This document shows, piece by piece, positions 53,933 through 64,000 of a DNA stretch of 64,000 nucleotides. The position numbers and the translations under genes are program-made. Below the pieces are notes generated by a model. It did not search any database. It was not told where the DNA came from and was given only the letters and a program-made list of their open reading frames with translations. Source of the stretch: Eledone cirrhosa (lineage: Eukaryota). Location: the NCBI GenBank assembly GCA_964016885.1, contig OZ024746.1, forward strand, positions 37,386,001 to 37,450,000. The letters run 5' to 3'. Each line of letters starts with the position of its first letter. The first letter of the stretch is position 1.

Positions 53933-54441
53933 ATATAGAATTTCGGTGTAAACGTCGTGCAATAGCAATCACAAGAACCGGATCACCGACGCTGACATTA
54001 AGGTGAATGTGGTACTGGTGTTGTTTTCCATCCAAACGTCGATTGTGCATCGTTCCATTTTTGTTCTGCATGTCATTCAATCATGGTAGTATAGTTGCGT
54101 TATTTAAAAGCTACAACTTAATATAATGATAAAGCATGGGTTTTACTCTACATTTAATTGCAGTTAGATAACATAGCTTGATATAGGGCAGCGCCATAAG
54201 ATGCTGATGGTGCAACATGTTCTATAATTGAGTTAAACACTACAATGCGAAGTGATGTAAGTTATTTGTGAGTGTGGGACGAGGCAAAATTATATATCTT
54301 TCATTTATTTTAATATTTCATTTCTAATATGTTATCAGCGAAGGCTATGTTTTGGCTATGCAGTATATTGTATCCCTCTTAATCAAATTTATTGATTTTT
54401 TTCTCATTTACTTTTGGCACTTCATTTTGACTTTTATCAAT

Positions 54442-54648
54442 AATTATAAGCTTGTTAATCAGTCACCGTTTTTGTACGAAGCTCAGACAAAGTACTGCCG
54501 AAGAACTTTTATGTTGGGAATTAAATCGCATACTTATGGTTGTCTAACCCATAAGTATACACTTAAATTCACAACATAAAATTTCTTTGACAATAATTTG
54601 TCTGAGCTTAGAACAAAAAAAGGATGACTGATTAACACATTTATAATT
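54442..54648. repeat. Imperfect palindrome with about 100-bp arms
   Basis: aattataa..tgttaatcagtca...aagctcagacaaa...ttttatgttg.gaatt...atacttatgg pairs with its reverse complement; centre about 54543. Confidence 0.85.
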
Positions 54649-55425
54649 TAGATTCACAACGTAAGTTGCTTTTTCCGATGTTCGAACGATCTTACCTATC
54701 TGAAACGAGGTCAAAATAATCATGTGGGAGTGAAAGGAACGGTAGCCGACCATACTAACAAATATTTATGATGCTATGTTCTTTGATATTAAACATAAAT
54801 GTATAGGCCTATTCCTCGCTGCACGAATTTTGATTTAATGTGTTTTTACAATTCAAGTTCTCTGTTTCTTATGCGATAAGTCATCACATAAGCACAGATG
54901 TTCCTCCACATTTATCAAATATATTTATATACATTATGATTATGTAATGCAAATGTAAATATTTGACTAATATGCTTCTTATGACGCGTTATGATCATTG
55001 AATATATAATTGTTACCGGTGCTACATTCAATTTGAAAATCTTGAGGAATTTTAAATATAGGGCATTACACCTTAGATCTATATCCGGTGTCAAATTGTG
55101 ATTCGAGACATTCGCATCCAAATGAAATACATTAAAATGAGTTCCCGTGTAGATCAGGCAAGAAATCGAAACAAAACTGATAAGATTGAATAAGGAACGT
55201 ATTATGAAAAACTATATAATATTAAAACAATGTTCCTGATATTCACATACATGTAATTGTTCCCCAATTATTTCTCATGCAAAAATAGTAAGGACTATTT
55301 CTGTTTCCGAGACTAGTAATAATACATAAACTTGTAAACAAATATCTTGCCATATAAGCGTTTATATATAAATCGGTATATATGTATATATATATATGTA
55401 TATATGTATATATATATATATATAC

Positions 55426-55495
<70 letters not shown>

Positions 55496-56246
55496 GTGTA
55501 TAATGGTAGCTATGGTGCTTCCATAGTCGGTATGACAAAATTAGCACTCGATATTCATCAGTGTAGAGTGTAGATATTATAAAGAAAACGAAAAGTCAGT
55601 GATGCATCTGGACTTAGTTTATTTCGTGTTACAGATATTTCGCCGGCATGTAGCTCGAGACATGGTCCTTGTATGGATCTGGCTGATTCTACATCTGCGG
55701 GTTCCTTCAGATAAGGGTGTTTCGTCCGGAGCAAATTTTATCACTGGGGTATTATCATAAAAAACACCCTAAGAAAAACCTATTTCCACTCTTGTCATGC
55801 CATTGGCTGTTTTTACTCCACATCATCACAAGTTCTGGTCAGTATCTGCTGCCACCCGGTTCATCAACCATTTTCCTCCGACACATTTCGATGGAGTCAT
55901 GCTGCTCACACTTCAGAGTAAGCACCCAGGCATACTAAAATACACACATAAACACACACAGATGCAGACACATACCTACTCATGCATACATAAACGTACG
56001 TCTACATGCGTAGACACACACGCACCCACATGCATACATCGAAGTATATATACAGACACCCTCTCTCCCTCACTTCCACGGACCCAGTCCCACCCACTTG
56101 TTTATACATATCACCACAGGCCTTCTGACGGCTGCTTACTTCGCGCCCTGTGCAGTTGGGATAAGCATATCCTACTCAAACATATACATATATACATACA
56201 TACGCGTGCACATATGCATACGCCAAACCTTCTATACAATTATATA

Positions 56247-56801
<555 letters not shown>

Positions 56802-56924
56802 TCGCAGCTAAATGCACATGCATATACGCATATACGTATGCTTATAGACAAGCACGCGTGGACGCAAATACGCACACATATATGCCAGCACACACTTACG
56901 TATGTATGTATCTATGTATGTGTG

Positions 56925-57004
<80 letters not shown>

Positions 57005-57170
57005 TATATTTGTGGTTGTAATATGTGTTGATCGTTGTGGACGCTGAGCCAATTATGAGTCTTCATTTGTAGGAATGGCAAGCCAAAAAGAAAGTGTCTT
57101 CCAAAGTATGTTACATTATTGCTTTCTGTTGCAATTAATTTAGTTAGACAAACTCGAAAGCAACAGAAAG

Positions 57171-57205
<35 letters not shown>

Positions 57206-58176
57206 GATATATGTGTGTGTGTGGGGGGGGGGGTATTTATGTTATGTATGTGTGTGTACGTTAATCATCGTCATCACCTGCTACAAGATACACACAGACC
57301 AATCTTTACAAAGATATTACTGTACCACTGTCAACAAAAACCAATGTCACAAAACTAACGATGAATGCCCTCTAACCAACCTCTTACGAACTATCAATTT
57401 GCAACTATGCAATCTCACGGACTAATACAGCAGCCAGAATTTATAGCTCCGATGTTTCATGACTAGTTTCCCCACCACCGCCACCAGCATTAGAACAATT
57501 ACCTCTATTACCACCACCAACATCATCAACAACACCACCAGCACCACCACCAACTCTGTCACCATCTTGTTTTTCATCTTCATATGATTTTATAATACCG
57601 TCAGTAAGAGCCACAGAAATACAGTCATCGAAATAAAGCTAACAAAAACAGCATCAAAATTAAACAAAATGCAACATTTATATAAACATTGAACAGAGCT
57701 TTCCAATCTATCATTCGACACTGTTATATGTAATGGTTCCAAATTTGGTCAAATCTTGCCTTTACACCAATATCTCTCAAGATTTATTTATTTGTTTCCT
57801 TTGTCTGATTTTTTTCTATTTTTTATTATTATACTAGCGCCCCATACATCTATAACTCCATCCATCAATTCTTCTCTTTATTATGTTTCAGCTGAATCTC
57901 CGAATTCGATTGTGTTTGTTAATTTTCTTTATGGAGATTTTTATTTATATATTTTCTTTTTACGGTATTCTATCAGGTTTCAATGTTTAATCATTATTTT
58001 TTGTTTTCCTTTTTTTCATCCTTCTATTTTATCACCTCCTTCGATGTAGTTTCACAGACGTTGCTGTTAGCTCCCATATTAATTGGACAATTTCTGGTAT
58101 GTACAGTAACCTACTGATATTTGGAAAACTATATTTTTTCTTTATTTATTTTGTTCCCATCTACATCTCAATTTAA

Positions 58177-58177
<1 letters not shown>

Positions 58178-58231
<54 letters not shown>

Positions 58232-58454
58232 CCTGTCTATCAGTCTGTCTATCTGTCTATCTATCTTTCTCACCTTCTTTCTTTCTATCTATGTTTATAT
58301 CTACACCCTCCTTATCTTTTAAATTATTGTTTTTCACTTTTTATGTCATTCTGTTATTTTTACGATCTTCTTCTTCTTCTTCTTCTTCTTCTTCTTCTTC
58401 TTCTTCTTCTTCTTCTTCTTCTTCTTCTTCTTCTTCTTCTTCTTCTTCTTCTTC
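58178..58454. repeat. (CTAT)n and (CTT)n microsatellites
   Basis: Direct reading. Confidence 0.95.
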
Positions 58455-59651
58455 ATTTCCTTTTTATTTTACTTGTTTTGTTATCGCTTCTAGTTACGTT
58501 GTCCTTGTCACAAAACAGTGTTAATTATCCTAAAAACAAATTTCATACTCTCTTCTTACTTCTTGCCATGCACAACATTCATCTTCTTCCTTTTCGTCTT
58601 GATTGTTTCTAGGTATTTATACACACATGTTCATCCAAATACTCAATGAAACAACATATGCATCCATATGCTCAATGAAACAACATGTACAGTCCCTAAA
58701 ACACACACTACATACACATAAGAACATGCACAGAAACCCATACGCACACACACACACACATATCACACACAGACACTCACACACACACACACGCGCGCGC
58801 GCACACACACACACACACACATACACACACACACACACACACACATACACACACACACACACACATACACATATATATATATATGACGTAGGTATATATT
58901 GCAAAGGCGAACAGGCTATTCAATGTATTGTTATCTAATGCCAGAGATAAAAAAAGAAAATGTAAAAAAAAGAAATCAAATAAAAAACTAAGTATATAAA
59001 ATAAAAAGATATGACTATCTCATTCGTCATTTGTTTTTACAGTTCCAAAAGTCTCCAGCGTCGACCTCTAAATTCTTGTTTTACTTCATTTGTGAAGAAA
59101 CAGAAATAGGATTAGAAATACAAAACTCTCTGTGTTTGCTCTTACAACATTGACGCAAAACATAGAGATGAAATATCAGGAAAGGATATTTTTGCCTTGA
59201 TATGTTATATGTATTTTATAATTTTCTTTCTATTTTGTCTCTTTGCATGATGACGGAACAAAATAGAAATGTTATTGTTTTTCATCAGCAGTCAGCCACC
59301 TTGTTTGACTAGAATATTTGAATTCTCAACAATTCAATGCGACGTATTATATTATTATAGACTAAAAAAAAAGACCAGTATTTTCTGTTTCCCCATTTCA
59401 GTTTTCTCTAATATACATGATGGTTCGGCTAGAATTACGATGTATTATTATTTACCTAACAAATAAATCTTCCTATTCGGTGGTATGACATTAATATCAT
59501 CCATTTTAAATATAGTTACATACCAATATCTTTTTGGGGAAAGCGATAGAATTGGATGCAGTACATGACTGGTACCTTATTTGATCACCATTCACAGTAT
59601 TTCAGGTATGGTAATATTAATCATAGTAGGATTTTCTATAGGAATGTAGAA

Positions 59652-59816
59652 ATCCCGAGGAAATAACACAAAGCGTATAACTAATAATTGTCTCCACTTT
59701 TGGCACAAGGCCAGCAATTATCCCAGTGTATTACTGGTACACTGGGATAATTGCTGGCATTGTGCCAAAAGTAGAAACAATTATTAATTAAATGCCTTGC
59801 GTTATTTCCTCGGGAT
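59652..59816. repeat. Foldback of a SINE 3' end plus flanking DNA
   Basis: atcccgaggaaataac...ttttggcacaaggccagcaattatcccagtgta|ttactgg|tacactgggataattgctggcattgtgccaaaa...gttatttcctcgggat. Confidence 0.88.
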
Positions 59817-60749
59817 ATAACTAATAATAATGCCTTTTTATTTAGGTACAAGGCGAGCCATTGGGGAAAGATTTAAGTCAATTATATCGACCCCTGTATT
59901 TGTCTGTTACTTTATTTTATCCACAAGAGAATGATGAAAGACAAACGTCACCACATCATCATCTGAATTGAGAACATAAAGAAACATTATCCCGACGTTA
60001 TAATGAATCTGTCAATCTAGCGCGTCAGATTCAGACTTAAATCCAACGCCAGGGATCTTGAAAGAGATCTTAGTCGATTAAATAGAATACTTGACTGGTC
60101 ACCCTATCGATGAATGGAAAGCCTTGCTTACATTATGACAAAAATGGTAAACGAAGATTAGCAGCAAACACATGCTGAGCAGAATGTTTACAAGGATATG
60201 AGGGCTACGTACTAGATCATAAATGAATTAGGATTAATACCAAATAATTCTATAGAAACATGCACAAAAAATGAAAATCAAAGTCAAGTATCTCATCTAA
60301 TATCCAGGTAAACGTATGTAGAGAATATTTACACATCAAAAAGCACAATCGTTTTTTTACCGCAATCTGATGCGTATTAAAATATAAACTTAAAATCCAT
60401 GATTTCGAAGCATTCAGCATTACCTGTACATGTTGGGTCCACGTTTATAAACAATACGCATTTCTATTGATTTATGAAGAAAATATTCCATTATTAATTC
60501 TCTTACTTCATGTATCCTAAGATTTTAATATGAAGCAAACGAGCTAAAAACGATCACTCTTCTATTTCTGGTAATGTTTACATGAAAACTTAATAGAATG
60601 TATAATATATTAGGGAGAACTAAAATTGCTTATATGAAATATTATTCTACATTATTAAGTACACTATTAAGGATCATGAATAGACATTGTTGTATCTGAA
60701 AGAGACAAAGCGAGGGAATATTTGAATTCTAATAGATATGAGAAAACTC

Positions 60750-62050
60750 ATCATTAGAAAAGACATTAAAACAACCAAATGCTGTCAATACCAGTGATAG
60801 ACAAAAATGACTCAAAGGACTGAGGCCAGCGGCCATATGTCGGCCAAGTGACAATCCACGAAGTGGGTGACAGGCAGATAGAATATAGAAAGGATAGAAG
60901 GTGAAAGACATGAAGTGTGCAGGCGCACATTAGTGGTTGGAAGAAGGATATGCAAGACAAACCTGACTCTCCTTAGCTCTCAGATTGGCAAGAAGGTTTC
61001 GGACGATTTAATCAAGGATATGTTATAATGTAATAGAGATAGCAATGGCAGCAGACGTATAAACGATAAGGTAAATAAAGGTAATTGTGTTTGTGATTAT
61101 GATATATGTAATGACGATGATATTATTAACAAAGTAGATGACAGGCTGAGCGTCAATAAGTTTCAAAAGATGGCCATGTATTTGGCCACCGAGAAGATGC
61201 CGCTGTGTGTTGCAGCGATCCAGCCTCCGAAGACGGAACCGAAGCCAGCTGCCTTGTGAGCAAACTCCACGTATCCAAGGTGGACAATAACTTAAGATTT
61301 TGATGGATCTGAATTGATCAGAGCCCCACCGACGTCAGGTTTACTCCCTACCCTCTCTATGATGTAACCTGAGGTGGACGTACCCGTGTATGTGCCTGGT
61401 CGGCATTGCGAAACTTTGCGCCTCCTCTAACACACCCTCGACAGACAGTTCCATATGCAAAACTAATAAACTCTGTGTTTAGCAGAGTTACGTTTAAAAT
61501 ATCACTAGTTCTCTTCTCTTTGCTCATCAGCGTTGTTACGCCCCGGCTCATAGTTCTGGCAATATCCCCAGTCTGTTGCCAGTTGCTGAAGACCGCTTCG
61601 AGGAGATCGGTGAACACGCCTGTCAAGTCATCGTAAAACCCCTAGAGTAGACCATCCAAACAGTGATTTGGGACTCGTGCGCCTGATCATGGAATTTTGA
61701 ATCATGACTGCTATTATCGGCCTTTCACAGCTCTCAGCATCACCTAGGTAGCGCCGCGGGAAGGCTTCGATGTAGGAACTGAAGTCCGTTACCGAACAGC
61801 CGCACACATCTGTGTGGAATCGTTTCGCCCGCATATGTCCCAGTCTGTCAAAGACCGTATCGTGGATTGTTACCACGCTATCCGTCCGCAATTCGGGCCC
61901 ATTGAACAGCATTCGTGTCTTCGTGATAAGAGATTGGTTAACCTGTCAACTGATCAACATTTAGATGGATACAGTCTGAGAGTACCTAAAGCCAAGAAAG
62001 CCCACATAATTAGCAGCTCCAGGTTCACCTACAAGGGTAAACGAAAAGGG
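60750..62050 (-). mobile_element. Tx1/L1-clade LINE ORF2 remnant
   Basis: DAESCERPII...SPKSLFG; DLLEAVFSNWQQTGDI...SRGVTTLMSK...VTLLNTEF; later LAGFGSV. Confidence 0.75.
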
Positions 62051-62859
62051 TTGGCTGATAAGAGTTTCAGGACCAGTTATAGTGATACTGTTGGGAATGG
62101 GACAGATATAACCAATTAATTGCATGTTATATAATATTCCCATATTAGCCAATGAAAGCACAATATGTACTTCCCATCAGAACACCCGGAAGTCAAGGCC
62201 ATATTTAGTCAACACAGTCCAGTCTATATCGAAACAAAATGATAAACACACCAAGAGTTAAGAAATAAATGGTGAAATATAATGACCTGAACCGCGAAGT
62301 TCTTTTCATAGCTCTATGGCACTATTTTGTAAAAAAAAAAGAAAAAAAAAACAAGCACATAAAATCAAACATATTCGTACATATTCGTTCGTATATGTAC
62401 ATATGCACACATGCAAAAAAGGGACACAAACATATATGCATACACAAACACATACCCATTTATATAGTCACACGGAACTGTTTACAAGCAAAGCTAAACT
62501 TATGTTCGTATGAATATTTAATTAATTCATGTACGCTTTGGCATAATACCTGAATATTCTCAAATATTTCATCAGCACACATGCTACAACATACATGAGC
62601 ATTTCACACGCTTCTAAATATATATATATATGTATGCGTACATATAAATTATAACATTATCACTGCCATAAAATGATTATTAATTCACTGCGTTTTCTTG
62701 AAACATTACATTACCTGCATAAGTATCAATAACAGAACTATAACTAATATAAAAAGTAAATGTTGAAATATATTATCACAACTTAATGTCAAGCATATAT
62801 ACACACCACTGCAAGAAATCAGCTTTACAAACATCATTTTACCACCACCACCACCACCT

Positions 62860-64000
62860 CATAGGGGCAGCTGAACCTATCCCATGCATAATAATTTGAA
62901 GGGAAGGCGCTTCAGTCAGTTATCGCATAAATGGGTAACACACAAATGCCAGATGGTAATACATGATGGAGGCGATACATATGTTCAGCATGTATTTCCA
63001 ATATTTCAAGGATAGCTTACCGCCCATCTCTGGGTGAGAGAGATCACCATCTTATTACCCACGTGCTAGGACTCATCCATTTGCAGGTCTGGACCAAACC
63101 AAACACCAAGAAAATCAACCGGTCCTTCTCTCCAGCATCCGACGACGCTTATCCTGTACAACCTGTACCACAGGTGCCAATTCACAAACCCAACGATATG
63201 TCCAGGTGAATCTTTGCTTGTTATCTTCACGTATTTCTCTAAGAATATGCCGCCTACCATTCGCGACCACCACAGTAAAGTTGTCCGTATTTTTCGACGC
63301 AGCCATTCTATGTCTTGAATTGCACGGAATGTACTTCAATAGCACCGGCATTCGCAGTATAGGTTCGGAAATTCGTACATCATTATCGGACTGAACAAGT
63401 TGCCTGAAATGGCTCCGAAGGTAGGCATTTAATCTGACATCCGATCAACGGTTACTGTGCATTAAAGCGATCCAACCTCTAAAATGTGACCGATACCGGT
63501 GTTTGGCCCTATCAAACGTTTTTCATGGTCCTAAATCTGTCACAGTCTCACAAAAGTCACTCTTACATCCTATCCTTTCTATGTTGTATCACTTACGCTG
63601 GAGGTTGTTGATTAATTGCCTGGTCACTATTACATATCTTTACGCTTCCCCGACCACACCCTTGAAGTAAGCGCTGACATGTATATTAGACCTCCATCAA
63701 AATCATAAACTCCATGTTGGTCAGAGTTATGTGACTGACATTTTCAAATACGACACCCTTGTTTGCATCTTTCCTAATTCGTGTTACTACTCCATGGCTT
63801 ACGGAACTCGGAATTCCCTGGCTCTTTTGGCAGCTGCAATAAACAGCGGCAAGTTTATCGTGGCGTACGTTATGCATATCTAAAGAAAACATTTAATTTA
63901 GACTATCCAAGCCTGATGATCTGCACCTCGTACAGTGGCTCAAGTCATCTCGTATCTTGACTAGAGATATCACCCTTTCGCTGCACTCCACACTTTCGAG
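62860..64000 (-). mobile_element. Tx1/L1-clade LINE ORF2 remnant (runs off the window)
   Basis: LAAVY...QGIPSSVSHGVVTRIRKDANKG...ITLTNMEF; VVGCWREGPVDFLGVWFGPDLQMD. Confidence 0.8.

Noticed and set aside
57300-57425. KNQCHKTNDECPLTN resembling the PLE CxCx5CPL linker
   Set aside because: Short, lacks the other cysteines and any downstream YIG motif

Overview
AT-rich, microsatellite-saturated eukaryotic non-coding DNA (intronic or intergenic). The SINE family, very long (TA)n/(CA)n/(GA)n tracts and TE mix suggest a cephalopod such as Octopus, which is an inference. I find no convincing host gene; nearly all listed ORFs are microsatellite translations. The window holds TE remnants: two Penelope-like elements (PLEs; one with RT plus C-terminal GIY-YIG and a foldback structure at 37.6-41.8 kb), Tx1/L1-like, R4/Dong-like and RTE-like LINE fragments, an internally deleted mariner, a hAT-like fragment and many tRNA-derived SINEs. 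The main signal is a dense set of short non-coding elements embedded in (TA)n. They carry type I hammerhead ribozyme cores (about 15 candidates, about 10 unrelated families, read by eye), occur as foldback palindromes or partial tandems, and share a fixed body|tail breakpoint within each family. This looks like a (TA)n-targeted PLE/retrozyme system that includes atypical hammerhead core variants. All alignments and folds were done by eye, so coordinates are approximate to a few bases.
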